Positions 25,121 through 38,900 of a DNA stretch of 64,000 nucleotides are shown here, in pieces. Origin of the DNA: Tubiluchus corallicola (lineage: Eukaryota > Animalia > Priapulida). Made by a program: the position numbers and the translations under genes. Below the pieces are notes generated by a model, which saw only the letters and a program-made list of their open reading frames with translations, made no database searches and was not told where the DNA came from. The stretch covers positions 1-64,000 of the forward strand of contig JAQGDQ010000095.1 of NCBI GenBank assembly GCA_030141605.1. The letters run 5' to 3'. The first letter of the stretch is position 1. Each line of letters starts with the position of its first letter.

Positions 25121-27196
25121 TAGTGTATGCAACAAGGAAGCTTGAGATAAAATGGAAAATAGCATTTAACTAACCGATTAAAACATAACCAAACTAGAAA
25201 AACAAGTCTAACAAAAAGAAGAAAATAGAATATGAATAATAAATCAGTGAAAGAAACAAAATATGCATGATAAAATCAAATTAAATAATTTATAATTAAA
25301 CGAAAATATGCAATAGTGTTTAATCAAATTATGTTAAGCGAAGGAATATGGAACACAAGAACTAGTACAGAGAAATGGAGTAAACAAAATATGTAATGAA
25401 ATATGAGCATATGACTAAATAGAAAATATGGCTCAACAAAAAATATAATAAAACTTAATGGAAACTGAGTGGAATTGCGTTTTTGCGTTGAGTAGATTTT
25501 TGTTGCTTTTGTTTGATATTATTTTTTGCTCTACATTGAATTTCGTTAATTTTTTGCTTGATGTTATGTTTAGTTATGCTTTGAATTGCATTTCTGCTTT
25601 GAGTTGATTTTTGTTGCTTTTGCCAGATATAAATTTTTTGCTTAAGTTGAATTCCGTTTTTGCTTTGCTTGTGATAACTTTTTTTACCTTTAGTTAAACT
25701 GCATTTTGCTTGCATAATCCTTTAATTATTTGATAAGTTTTGCTTACCTTGAAGAATTTAGTTTGTTTTTTGCTTTGTATCTTTTACCTTAAATTTATGC
25801 ATATAGTATAACTATTATTATTAGTCACAATGTAACCTCGTATCAATTCTCAAGAATTTCTCGCTTACTATTTTTCCGCCCTTTAAAAATTTGACTACAT
25901 TAAATATACATTTCTGCTACTTAGCACTTAATTTAATACCAGATCCATTTTTAATACTTTAATATTTATATATGTATGTGTATGTATACATATAAAAACA
26001 CCTAAAAAATGTCATGAGCCTGTAAGTAAACTTGTGTTTTTAATAAGGGCAGCTGACCAAGTGACCAATAGGTCTTTTGCTGCTCCTTCTCAGTTGCAAT
26101 GAAAATTAAAAATAATTTAAGTGCTATTGAGAAAATAAAATTGAATTGAAGTGAATATTGGCAACTGTGAAACAATGAACAAAATAATATAATAAAGTGA
26201 ATATATGAGAAAAGCATAATATGCAGGCAAAAACATAAGTGGAGCAGGCAGAATTATAAAAAATTATGTATTAGAAAAAAAGCGTTGTAGCTGCTGGATT
26301 TGTTCAAAGATTATGTAAGACCTCTTTCAATCATACTTCGACCTATTGTATTGCATGTTTACCTTTCCTTTTCATAGCTGTGAAGAAATAATAATAACAA
26401 TTTCACGCTTTGATGAAAAGATGTACTATGACAATATAATTATAATTAATAGATTAGTACAAGGAGAATACATTAAAACTAATAGAGATGATTTATTAGA
26501 AATACATCTTAGCAGAAGTCGCAATGATACTTAGAAATAACGATGGATTTATAGCTAATTATCAAATAGGTAAAGGTGCCATTTTTTAGTTCATTAGGCA
26601 GACTGTTTGGTCTCTCTATATAGATTACAAAGTATATTAAATTAAAGTCAGTAAAATATATCAACAAAAATAGAGTCGGGTTACTGAAGGAGGGTCACGG
26701 TTCATCGAGCAACCACCCCTATATAAATATGGTATTTTAGATACCACGGTTTTTAATTTAATAATACGAATATGTTATGTCAATTATTTGTGCTGCTATG
26801 AGTTATGAATTTAACATTGTCTGAGGAGACAATAATTAATTTTGTGCAAATAAGATTTAAAAATCACAGATATTTTGAAGTCTATGGTGAGCAAGATGAG
26901 CAAAATAAAGTAACAATATATAATTATTAGAAATACAGTTGGGTGAAATGCAGTGTCAGTTAACCATGCAATATAAAATAAACTAAAATAAAAAACAAAA
27001 ATAAACTGAAACCATACGTTACAAAAACCTACAGTTAGAAACAAAAATATGAGCAAAACCAAGATAAAAGAAAAAACAAATCAGAATATAATTAGAATTT
27101 AAGTTAATTCGGTGAAACGAAAATATTCTGATATAGCCTTGCAAATTGACTCAATGAAACCAGCTTGTATTTGCATGCTTAGTATTGTTACCATGC

Positions 27197-27266
<70 letters not shown>

Positions 27267-27335
27267 GTAATAATAATAATAATAATAACAACATTAATAA
27301 TAGTGACACTAATAATAATAATGTTAATAGTAATA
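27197..27335. repeat. (TAA)n microsatellite
   Basis: Directly visible; followed by degenerate CA/TA repeats to about 27772. Confidence 0.95.
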
Positions 27336-28740
27336 AATGCGACAAGAATTTACTACCAGAATGATCATGTGCTGTCATGTCTCTTAACATAAGTATATTT
27401 GCCTTCGAATAAATATGTAATTTTGATGAGGAGTAGTGGCACCAATATGTATTCATGCATTTACATATATAGCTGCACATACACCTGCAACACATGTATA
27501 CACAAAAATACATACTCACGCATATACGCACATACATAAGTGTGGACATAAATGAGCAAATGCAGTACTAGTACTGCCTATCATTTTTTAGAGTACCATA
27601 TGTACACATGTATACACACACGTACATACACACATGTATGCATATCCTCACATATATGCACACATATGTATATTGCTTACATGGTCACATGTTATATGTA
27701 TATACACATACACACGCACGTACACATGCATATACATATGTACATATACACATACATACACATATGTACATACGCTATTGAGTTAAGTTTGGGAGTAAAA
27801 GGTATTAATAGTCGCTAATTAGATGATTACGAAATACTTTAACTGCATTTTTACATGAAGTAGTGGGTATAAAAAGACCACTGGTGCAGAGCGGAAAAAC
27901 AACAGCCATTATGCATCTAGAGTACTTTCTGTACAAAACAGTAATTTCGGGATGTCACCCTATATTAAATAACATGGTCAACGGGCCTAATCCTTTAAGT
28001 GAGTCGAAATCTGGTCTATGTACAGCTTATCCTAACATATAATAACAACCACTAACTACTAGGCCCACAGGAATTACAAGACCTGCAATTAGTGCAAACT
28101 ATTTTAATCATGACAAACTTGAGCTTTTGAATGGGCCTAACTCGAATATATTGACCACTTCATATTATGCAGACAGTAGCAAGGAATCTCTAATGCTAGT
28201 CATACAATGCATGGATATACGTTAGGTCTTCACATGCAGATAATGAAAATACAGGCTACGTGGGAAACGTGAAACAACGCCTTTTTTCCAAACGCGGAAC
28301 TTGCATATAAAATAAACAGTTTAATTAAAAAGCAAGGCATGTGAAGTTGATGCTAGTGCACAAAGTATTTCAACGTATTGCACTGATTTCTTTTAATTAT
28401 TATTGTAAAAAAATGCGTACGGGAAATCGTAACAATATATTTCGTAGCAATAATTAAGTAATTATGTTTGTGTATGTTAGGCGTAGCACGACCATAATTT
28501 TTATTCCTGATGATGAGTCCTCCCAGGCCTATAGCTATAGACCAAAGTATAGACTACAGCCCTTCCACAAACTTTAAAGGTCTTCCACATTGTTTGTTAT
28601 TATACAATGCTGAGGCCCGACCGCCGCTGTGTTACAAAAATGGAAAGGGTGCCTGCTTTTACTTTATGCTGGATTTCAGCTTGTATTAAATAATTTGAGT
28701 TAATAGTAAGTAGAAGTTATTAATTGTAACGTAATGCCAT

Positions 28741-29050
28741 ACATAGACATTTTATTTATCTCATTTACAGCAGAATACAAGTAGATTATTATTGCTGTAG
28801 TTATTAATTAAAAAGGATAAATTATGCATAAAGGAAAGAGTTAGGGCGGTGCAGGAGAAAGGGTAGCGAAAGACCAATTGGTCGTCAAGTCAGCTACCTT
28901 TCTCAGGTTAGTGTAACTTGTAAAAAATTTGTAGCGCTGCTAATTGAAAGGTGTAATATAATTATGAAGTAGGTTAAGAAAATCAACTGTTAGTGTTAAC
29001 ATAAATTTATGGGGGAAGAAATTAAACTTGAGAGCGAAATAACGAAATAA
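28741..29050 (-). mobile_element. Interspersed repeat, probable LINE/SINE 3' end (copy 2 of 3)
   Basis: Shares CAGAATACAA..GGATAAATTATG..AAGTCAGCTACC.TTCTCAGGTTAGTGTAA with 24805-25120. Confidence 0.65.
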
Positions 29051-31494
29051 TAAATACACTTAATGACTGAAGAGATAGATATCGCTTGAATCAAAATAGA
29101 AAATTAAAACAAATTTACTGTGCTTAGAACTACTGTTGTCACGAGTGGAGTAGGTAACTAGCTAAAGTAGGGCACTAGACTAAGGTCACGAATTGAGCCC
29201 AGTTAACCTTAGTGCGTCTGTTATCCTTGTTTATTTAATAATAATAACTGAAACTGTCAGCATATTTTGAATATTTTATTATACACCTGATAAAATGATA
29301 TAATCTTATTCTGAGCTAGTCGAACGATCATTATTAGATTTGGCTACGAGATTAATCTTTTGAGGTGAAATAAGCCCACTTTTAAGCGATTCCAACATTT
29401 TATCAAGGAGTATCTTTCTTTATTTTTCTCGCTACATCCGTTTCACTACCTCTTCTTCAAACAATACCTACGTACTTCCTGCTGGTATGAGTTAAACACC
29501 TACTGTGACATAATCAAGCAAGTTTTCATGATGCCAAACCGAGAGCAAAGAACATTTTTTTAATAAAATGAAGAAACTTTCACAGGATTTTTTGACAAAA
29601 TTCTCTATGTAAAGTTAAAATAGTGAGAAAAATTGCCAGTTGGCTACTTGTGCAAATTTAGCACCGACGCTTTAGGGCAACTGCCCTACATCGGCTAGTG
29701 GCGTACTTCTGCCCTGCAACTGTATTATTGAAAAACTGGTTTTTAATGTTGATCGGCAAGTTGAAGCAACTAAATGCATGCAGCTTGTGCAGTTGAGGTC
29801 AAACATATTGGTCTATCGCTCTGCCGTAAGCACGTTCAGCAGCATTTGGGACACAGATCTGTAGGACAACAACTGTCTAAGTGAAACTAAACTAAACTAA
29901 ACAACATGACAGTCACAACTAATGTCTAACCAGCAGATAAACTGATTGCACCTTTTCATAAGCACAAATTTGCAGAGCAGCAGCTATTTTAATACGAAAT
30001 TAACACTTCAAGTAGCCAAAAAATGTCTTTTCAATTTAAACAGAATGTAAAGATGAAATTTCAAAGCAGTACAAAATACAGAAACATAAGTGTAATAAAG
30101 AAACTAAGCCAGGTAGCCTTGCTTTACAATAAATTAGCAACAGAAATATTAAGTTTTTCTTGCCTTTAAACATACGAACATCAAGCCTGCGATGTTTTTT
30201 TTTTCTATATTAGCTAATCATGTGCTCGTCTGCAATGTTTATTCAGTTTTTGTATTTTTCCGTTTGTCAGGCTACGGAAATGGAATAAATTTGACTGTTC
30301 CATTCCATAGGCGATCCTTATATTGAATGCCCGAGTCACATAAGTCCCAATAGTATCTTTTAAGCTTGATTATAACCAAAAAAATAGCGTAAAATAAGCT
30401 AATATTACACTGATGTGTAATACAAGTTTTGACCACATTTGATTTAATTTTGACTGTGAAGATCTCATTGAGATTTTTAAAAACTGGCCAGAAAAGAAAA
30501 CATTTTGTTTTGTCCTTATTTAAAGTGAATCAAATAGTTGCTTTATCTAACTTGCAAAGCCATAAACTAAACTAAACTGAGTATTTTCTTGATTGCAAAA
30601 TAGTTTAATCGACAACTCATAGACGTAAGCATTGTGCATTTCTTCCTATAAACGAAACTAGATGATATATTTTCGCTAATTCACTTGCAATTTCAGTTGA
30701 CAATAATAAAATCTAGAGCCAGGCCAATATTTCTCCGGCTAACTAATGAAAAATTGAGCAGTCAGTCGGGACACAAACACATAAATAATAATTGTGCTGT
30801 TTTATGTTATTAGTGTGTTTTTAGAACAAAATAATGCAATATGTACTATTCTTGTGCTTCATATTAGATAAAAACGTTGTTGATAAAATAAAAAATATCT
30901 TTGAGCAAAGTAAAACAATCGTCGTTAAAATAAAACATCTGTTGCTAAGTGAGAAAACGGTGTCAAATATGTCGCATCATTAAAACACTACATTGCTAAA
31001 TGGGGAGTCGTTGAGCAAATACTTACTGTATGCAGTTTGCATTAATTAAGATAACCCATGTTTCTGAGATGCTCAGAAATTATGCATATAAATTAGTCTT
31101 ATTAGCCAGTGCTAAAAGTCTGTAGCATGCCATGTACATTGCAAATTTATCAGATGTAGACATAATTGTGCCTTGTAAAACAAGTTCAGCAATTATTCAC
31201 ATTAATATTGACACAGAGACCAATTTTGTGCTTCATGTTAATATGAAGAACTGAAGCTGCTTTTGAGAGTCTCAATTACGTTAGCCAAATACATATTTTA
31301 CATCTATAGATTGTTAATTATTTTATGGCTTTGCAGTGCTTGTAAGCAAAATTGAATGACTTTTATTTTTAGTATAAAAGTAATTTTTAGCTTTGATTAA
31401 GTCATACTGTATAATCAATGAAATATGAACTTGCAGTTAAAAGAACTACTTGTATTATTCTGTTTCAGTACTTGCAGGTGTTCGTCCTTTAGCA

Positions 31495-34401
31495 ATGGAG
31501 ATATACGGTCCTTTCAATGAAAACGTGATTGCAACTGCCCCAGTGCCAAAGTCTTGGTTTGACTTCTTATTACATCCAGCTTCATTAGAAGATCATCTTA
31601 ATCAACTTAACTCAGAACCAAATGCTGCACAGCTGCTGCAACAATTTGTTAATAAAGCATCATCACTTGGAATGCCACAGAGGTTTCCAGATTTAAATGT
31701 AGATGATGCTCAAGAGGTTTCTGTCCCTGTTCAATATGGGGAGAAAAAACTAAAAGCATTACGATTGCTTGCACTAAAAACCACTGCATTTCTAAAGTGG
31801 GATTTATCGATACTGATGGATAGTGTACCGGTTTACGTAATGGAAATTGTGCTGCTAGATTTCTTGTCTGAGACAGGAATATTAAATAGCAAGGAAATCA
31901 GCAGTTGGTCGGATTTAACTGGTGTTACCAGATTTGCACTTTTATTGTATCATTTGTGGGTAATACAAACCGTAGTTAACAACAGTTATCCAAAAAGAGT
32001 AAACAAGACTAACAATGTGCAGTTATCCAGTATGCTAAATGGAATAAACCAAACTGCTACAAATGAATCAGTCCTTTTACATTTACAGTCTGAAATAGCA
32101 TTATCAGTACAGACATTAGAAAAAGAAGTGAAAAGCATTAAACAAGTGATAATGCCTACAATGCAGTGCTTCGGTAGTTTATTGGAAACCGAGGAAAATG
32201 CTTTAAATAACTGGCAGCATGGTATTGATATTCCGAACAATGAAATTCTATCACGCATATGGTATGATATTGGCAGTTATTATTTCTACAAGCAAAATTA
32301 CAAAAGAGCTGCTGATCACTTGTTACACTGCAAAGAACTTCTTGATGAAATCTCGTTGCCTTTGTTTTGCAAAATAGATAAAAATATGTTAGACAGCTAC
32401 CTCATTGCTACAGGGAGCCTACAAAGCACAGCTGTTTCTTCCAATAGGTGTCTGTCGCTGTTAGAAAAAGTTGAATTAGCTCGCCAAAACAATGATGAAG
32501 ACTTGGTTAATCTACTCATTGCATCGTGTACTTCTATGGAGCTGCCTGTGTCATACAGAATTGTGTTAGAACAACAGTATTCTCACATTGATACTTTACA
32601 TTTCAAATTATCGTGTTGCAATACGTTACACTTTGTCGTAATCGGAAGACCAGTGAGCAGCAGCTTTATTAGTGAATTGCAGTGTCGAAGAAGTAACGGT
32701 GTAGAATGTTTCAATCATGTGTTAGATGGGACTTTGCAACACTGTAGACCAGATCAAAAGATTAAGCTTGCTCGATTTGTCCGATATATTTTGTATTCGT
32801 TGGATGGAAATTCCCCCACAATTCATGCTCTTTTGTTGAATGCTCCAGCTGTGCAGCACATTCTGAGTACAAGCAAGGGAACTAGTGTTTCTAGTCCCAA
32901 TGATTCACTGTTGCTTTCTGTAAAGGAACAACTTGCAGACAATGCAGGTTTAGCAACTGGTGAGCTTGAGAGAAACTTACTTGTCAGTGAAGATCCTTCA
33001 GAGATTTGGGATTGTGTAACCCGTTTGATTCAATTTCGACCTGGACGATCACTTGCCGCTCTTAATTCCAGATGGGAAGTAGGTGGCCTCCTCCAACAGG
33101 GTTTGGATGCAATGTTTTCTGGCATCAGGAAAGATTATGTATTTATTTTACTAGCAAAAGCTAGATTGGCTATGATTGCCAAAGATTATACTGTTACAAG
33201 AAAGATGTTGGTCTCAGCAGAATCTTCTTCTAATGATGTGTCATTTATGTTTGTTCAGTTAATTCGCTGGGAAATGCTATTGGTTGATTTGGTGGTATTT
33301 GATATTGCTGATAACAGTAGCAAAGATATAAGTAAAAAAGTTAAGACATGCATCACAGCCTATTTACAAGTGCAAGATGCTATTCCTCGTCCAGAAATAA
33401 TAGAGCACTGTGCTGTCTTTTTGTTGAACACACGGGACTGGGATTATCTTCGAAGTTTAGCAAATACGAATAGTGGGCACATTCAAATGGCTTTTATATT
33501 GGCAAATGTTAGTAAGGATTTACCAAACACAAATAGTAGGAACCTGGCAAGAGATGTGTGGAATGCAATTCTGGGAATTTTCACATCTAGTTGCCAACAA
33601 AAACGAAGTTCAAGTGGCATAGTAACTTTGATGCAAAGAGACACTTACCCTTGTTTAATGCCTAGATTAGCTTTTGAAGATTTTGTTTGCAAAATAAAGG
33701 AAGAAGTTGTTCTATCTGTTGTTGTTTCTTGCCTCACAAAGATCTATAACATTCTAAAAGACAATTCAATTAAAGAAGTGTTCTTGGACTATGCTTATTT
33801 GTGGCCATCTACTATCCTGCAGCAAGGCACTGTGGACATGACTGTTGCAGAAGAGTCTCTACAAAGAATTCTATCTCATTGTCTTTCAATTTGCCCAAGT
33901 AATACATCATGGTTAAGAACTCAGGCTGACTTGAATTTCAGCAATGGGCAAAATGGCTTAGCAATGAAGTATTACTTACAAGCAGGTTTGGTATGCAGTG
34001 AGCTTTTCTTGCAACCTGTTCCAAAGTCAGTTTATTCTGAGCAGGTTTTTAGAAGGATGATAAAGTGTTGTTCTTATATGAACTGCCACACACAAGAAGC
34101 AGTGCTCTGTCAATTTCTAGATGAAACTGATTATGCAATGGCATTTAAAGCTTTGCAGGAACGAAGCAATTATGATGCTGCTGATGCTTATTATCAGTAT
34201 ATATTTGACATTACATTGCTTGAATTTCTTACTAACCTTCACACAAAGCGGTGTGAGCATGATAAAAAACAACAAGCCATTCAGACAATGGGCCGCCTTG
34301 AACTTAATGCAAGTAACAATGTCACTGTTTTACGGCAAGCTGCGCAATTGTATAAAAGTAAGTTCTTAAGAGCAATGGCACGTCAATATGTGACATGCTG
34401 A
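31495..34401 (+). CDS. INTS8: Integrator complex subunit 8, single-exon CDS
   Basis: Uninterrupted ORF from ATG 31495. SWFDFLL corresponds to the WFEFLL motif; LLALK..AFLKWDL; C-terminal RRMIKCCS...CQFL...AFKALQE...LELNASNN match INTS8 as I recall it. Acceptor-like TTTCAG/TTGCAG just upstream suggests a 5'UTR intron. Confidence 0.93.
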   Translation: MEIYGPFNENVIATAPVPKSWFDFLLHPASLEDHLNQLNSEPNAAQLLQQFVNKASSLGMPQRFPDLNVDDAQEVSVPVQYGEKKLKALRLLALKTTAFLKWDLSILMDSVPVYVMEIVLLDFLSETGILNSKEISSWSDLTGVTRFALLLYHLWVIQTVVNNSYPKRVNKTNNVQLSSMLNGINQTATNESVLLHLQSEIALSVQTLEKEVKSIKQVIMPTMQCFGSLLETEENALNNWQHGIDIPNNEILSRIWYDIGSYYFYKQNYKRAADHLLHCKELLDEISLPLFCKIDKNMLDSYLIATGSLQSTAVSSNRCLSLLEKVELARQNNDEDLVNLLIASCTSMELPVSYRIVLEQQYSHIDTLHFKLSCCNTLHFVVIGRPVSSSFISELQCRRSNGVECFNHVLDGTLQHCRPDQKIKLARFVRYILYSLDGNSPTIHALLLNAPAVQHILSTSKGTSVSSPNDSLLLSVKEQLADNAGLATGELERNLLVSEDPSEIWDCVTRLIQFRPGRSLAALNSRWEVGGLLQQGLDAMFSGIRKDYVFILLAKARLAMIAKDYTVTRKMLVSAESSSNDVSFMFVQLIRWEMLLVDLVVFDIADNSSKDISKKVKTCITAYLQVQDAIPRPEIIEHCAVFLLNTRDWDYLRSLANTNSGHIQMAFILANVSKDLPNTNSRNLARDVWNAILGIFTSSCQQKRSSSGIVTLMQRDTYPCLMPRLAFEDFVCKIKEEVVLSVVVSCLTKIYNILKDNSIKEVFLDYAYLWPSTILQQGTVDMTVAEESLQRILSHCLSICPSNTSWLRTQADLNFSNGQNGLAMKYYLQAGLVCSELFLQPVPKSVYSEQVFRRMIKCCSYMNCHTQEAVLCQFLDETDYAMAFKALQERSNYDAADAYYQYIFDITLLEFLTNLHTKRCEHDKKQQAIQTMGRLELNASNNVTVLRQAAQLYKSKFLRAMARQYVTC

Positions 34402-35098
34402 AAGGCATGACAAAAAATTATGACTTGAGGGAAATATATGACATTAATTTTTTATGAATTTGGTTCAGTGCTTTATTTAGTGATATTTAATTAGATTACA
34501 CACATTGTTTTGATTAGTTTGTGACACTTGATATGTTATTGCAGCTATATTATTATGTAATTGCATTCTACTGTAAAAAGCTATTGTATCATTTAATATG
34601 TACCTTTTCTTTTTTCAAGTATTTGTGTGTAGAACATGTAGTACACTTAAATGGTTAAAGAAAACAAAACACTAGCAAACATTGCATTGAGGATCTTTCT
34701 ACTAATTAGAGTGAAAAAATGTCTAAATTAAAATTAGGATAAATTATTCCATTTCTTTTCATGTTTTTTCACAAAGTCCTATTATTTCATAGATGCTCAT
34801 TTTAACTCAACTTGATTGTATGCCTGTTATGAGGTTGCTGCAAATTTCCTCTTAATATCGTCTTTTAGTGATTAGTGCTTTGTCATCATTGACATTACAA
34901 ATACGGTCATTGTTATCTTCGTAAGTTAAGTTAACATCGTCATCAGTGCCGTCATTATATTTGTTGTTGCCATTCTTATAATATGAACAACGAAGACAAT
35001 TTATAAGGCATAGCGCATTGTACAAGGGAATAGCAAGTTAGCAGTATCTCTCTTGAAGAAGCCACAGACATAGGCATTTTATTTATGTCATCACTTAC

Positions 35099-35508
35099 TA
35101 GAGGTGAGCATTCTCTACCAGAAAGCGAATTCGAATCGAACCGAATTTGTGACTTTCTAATTCGAATCGAACCGAACTTCAGTGTTTCAAATTCGAATTG
35201 AGATTGAACGATTTTCGAACTAGTTTTCGAACCACCAGTAAAAATTTGTCTTACAAAGATTATGCATATCACTAGATTTTGTTCTGCAATAAAACAACTA
35301 GTAATTTGCTTAAAGTTGAGCGCAGAAATAGCAACTAAATTATGTTAATTGCATGATGTTTCAATCGTTTTAATGATCAGGAACATATGTGATTGAAGTG
35401 CTGAATTATTCGAATCTATAGTTTTGGATTCGAATCGAGTTCGAACTAAAAAACCTCGTTCGAATTCGATTCGAATGTTCGAACTCGAACGTTTGATGCT
35501 CACCCCTA
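35099..35508. mobile_element. hAT MITE nested in copy 3 of the LINE/SINE-end repeat
   Basis: TIRs TAGAGGTGAGCAT / ATGCTCACCCCTA, many TTCGAA subterminal repeats, near-perfect 8-bp TSD TCACTTAC/TCATTTAC. Confidence 0.8.
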
Positions 35509-35925
35509 TCATTTACACCAGAATAGAAATAGACTATTATTGCTATAGTTATTAATTAATCAAGATAAATTATGAATAAAGGAAAGAGTTAGTGGGGTGC
35601 AGGTGAAAGGGTAGCGAATTGGTCATCAAGTCAGCTACCTTCTCAGATTAGTGTAAATTGTAAAAAAATTGTAGCATTGTTAATTAAACTGTGTAATATA
35701 ATTATGAAGTAGGATAAGAAAATCAACTGTTAACATAAATTTATAGGGGAAGAAATTAAAGTTGAAAGCAAAATAAATAAGACAGATCTCTGATATATGA
35801 CCAGAAAAGATTCGTTAAGAATGATACGCATATTGTAGTACGCGGTGCGCCTGTAGTTGTTCAAAAGTACAGTAAGGTCGTTTTCAGTAATAAAATCTAA
35901 CTAGTTACTAAAGCGAGAGAATAGT

Positions 35926-38900
35926 ATGTCGGTTACTGGTTTAGGGAGTTTTTCTGTTGCTGGAGGAGAAAAGCACACAGTAGTGATTGATATTGGCGCT
36001 GCATACACCAAGTAATTTGGCTTTTACCTTGAACTGTGGAATTATCTTCTAAGATAGACTAGCATTTTTTGTAAATATTTCACTTAATTTTCAGAAGTTG
36101 CGAGCGCATCTGGCTGCAGAATGTTGGCTTGCGACAGAGATAGCAATTCTCAAATCCCTTGATCCAGTCTAGAAGGGCACAATAATATTAAATATGTAAA
36201 TTGTAAAAAAATTGTAGCGGTGCTAATTAAACGGTGTTGTTGGGTGCCGTGTAACCTAGTACTAGTACTAAGTACTAGCCGGAGTAGGACAATTGGCGTA
36301 CATGGGCTAGCCCAAGTAGAACGCGTCGTACATGGGCTAGCCCAAGTAGGAAGCGTTGTACATAGGCTGCCCAAGTAGGACACTAGAGGCAGGTCACAAA
36401 TTGAGTCATTAACCGTACTGGCAGTACCCGTTGTCATTGTTATTTAGTAATAATAATTGAAGACGTTGAATAATTTATTACACATCTGGTGAAATAAAAG
36501 AATCTTATTTTGAGTTAGTAAAATGGCCAATATTAAATTTGGCTTCGATTTTAATGTTTTTAAAGTGAAATAAGCCCACTTCTTAGGTGATTCCAACATT
36601 TGCTTAAGGTATATCATTTTTATTTTGTCTTGCTTCACAGACAGGTGATCCGTTTCACTACTTCTTGGACAAATAATTGTTTTCTACTAAGTAAACGGGC
36701 TAGCGAGCTATGTGCCCTACATAGTTTCTCTCTTTAAAGCATTAGATACTTAGTTTAATGTTCTGGTGATATTCATGGAGCTAATAATAATGATGATATT
36801 ATTGTAAAAAATACATTGTAAGTTGTCAAGGAGTATTTATCATAATTATAAAGTTATTTTTTCTAAAACAAATTTAGTTTTACGTTTCATTATGTCATAC
36901 ATAATTCTCGACAGAAATCGCCAGTATCCTACTTGGGCTGCCTATGTACGACACTGCTTTTCCACAAATTTAGCACATGCGTTTGTCCTACTTCGACTAG
37001 TGGGTTACACTGCGCCCTAGAGAAACCTCTTTTTAGCAAGCTAGAACTGTACCATGTACATTTAAATGTTATCACCTCATGACCAATGGGCAATCTACAT
37101 CTAAACATTATTAATATGCAACTCAGTGCTACATTTCTGTACTCACGTCCATTGTCTTTCTCACACTCATTACTTTCTTTGTTCTAGTAGTAGTAAACTG
37201 AGTTTTACTAACTTTACTGATCCTTCCTTTTCATCAGTGGTTATTAGCTTTGGGGCCATTACCTTCTTCCACTATCCACACTCAATGCAGTTCAGTAAAT
37301 ATTCTGTAGGATCATTTTCTTTTATATGTATTGGGCACAACGACTGGTTCTTGAATTAATTTTTGTAATTTCTTTTATGTTTTGTCATGCTTAGACTTAT
37401 TTACAATATATGCATTTACTTGTTCTGGCTTGCATGTATGTATCTATGTAATTTGTCTTATGTTTTAAAAATCTTAGTTTTGTTTTGTTCTTGCATGTTT
37501 CAACCACAGCAAAATCGACTGTTTTGCGGTATATTAATTATAGAGCTACAGTTGATTTTCAATTTTGGTATAAAATGAGTGTATGATATCTCATCTTCCA
37601 CGTGCATAGTAAAAATTATTAGCAATAATGTGTTTATTAGCCATAATAAAAGTATCAAAAAATGTTTTATGACCTACCATGCTGCTATAACCTTTTTATT
37701 TGTAATTTTAAGTAGACGTACTTTACCACAGAATTATTTACTGCAGGTACCATGATTTTCTAAGTGCTTTTGAACATTTGAAAGGGCTAAGTGCTATCTA
37801 ACGGAATTTTCTATTTGTCATTTGACTCATTTCTAATTTTGCTTCTCTTCCTACAGTAAGGTAAAAACACAGTAAACTAAACTTCAACATAATATACAAT
37901 TAACCCATGAATGATGTCACTTTTTTGAGTAATCACATTGCGCACTTGTTGTATAAGTGCCGCAGATACAGCTTGTCACCTCAACGGCTGACAGGAAGTT
38001 GATTAATTACTAAATTCCTATATAAAATATGAATCTTCTGTAATTTGCTTTCTGTTTTAAGGGCAAATATGTAGCTCCATTATTAATCTGTAAAATGATG
38101 TTGGCTGATTTGCTTAGATTAAATAATTTTTAGAGCATCTACTTGAAGCCTTTCTAAATTTGCCTGCTCATTGGTTGCCAATTTGACTGTGTTTTGAGCT
38201 ATTTGGTTTTGCATTGAAGGTAATGTTTGATTGGATGTCAAAATGTAGTTTAGACATTGCTGATATCTGTATCACATTTAAAAACTGATGAAAAGCTTGG
38301 TGTAGGCAAAATAGGCTGTATTGGTTTTAGCGTGACGTCAATGGTATCTCTAGTGTATTTTGCAATGCACTTGCATATGTAGTAGAACAGAAATAAAATG
38401 CTGCTGTATCAGAACTTTCCCCTGAATTTACCTAAATTACACCAGACTACATGCCACCATACATTTCAACCTAGAGACATCCAAAATAGGGAGATTTCTC
38501 GAAAATTCAACTAGGTCCAATGTCTGAGGGTGTACTGTGAACTCCTGTACTGGGGTTCCGGGATTCAGTGTTTTGTTTACCTTTGCATTTTTACATACCT
38601 GTTTTAATACCAACTCTGGCAGTAGAAATACCTTCCAGACAGCACTTTTTAACTCTTTAAAAAGTGCTTCCTACATTTTAGGCACTGTAGGAAAACCTTT
38701 CTCACATTTTTTCGAATGTGCAAATAAGTTTCGTGAGAAGTATTCAAACTTTGCTCTTAACATGTCTAAAGTTTGATTGATGCACAAGTTTATTTAACTC
38801 AATAAATCTTATCATTTCTCGTGTTGCATTAGCATTGAACGTCAAACTAAAAATTTCATGACGCCGCTAAGTGCAATCTGCACCCCTAAGTGCTGCCTTC

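Noticed and set aside
27151-27818. Poly-L and His/Tyr-rich ORFs
   Set aside because: TAA and CA/TA simple repeats
36290-36385. CRISPR-like spaced repeats (GTACATGGGCTAGCCCAAGTAG)
   Set aside because: Three units of about 30 bp with no real spacers, no cas genes and a eukaryotic context; subterminal repeats of a transposon
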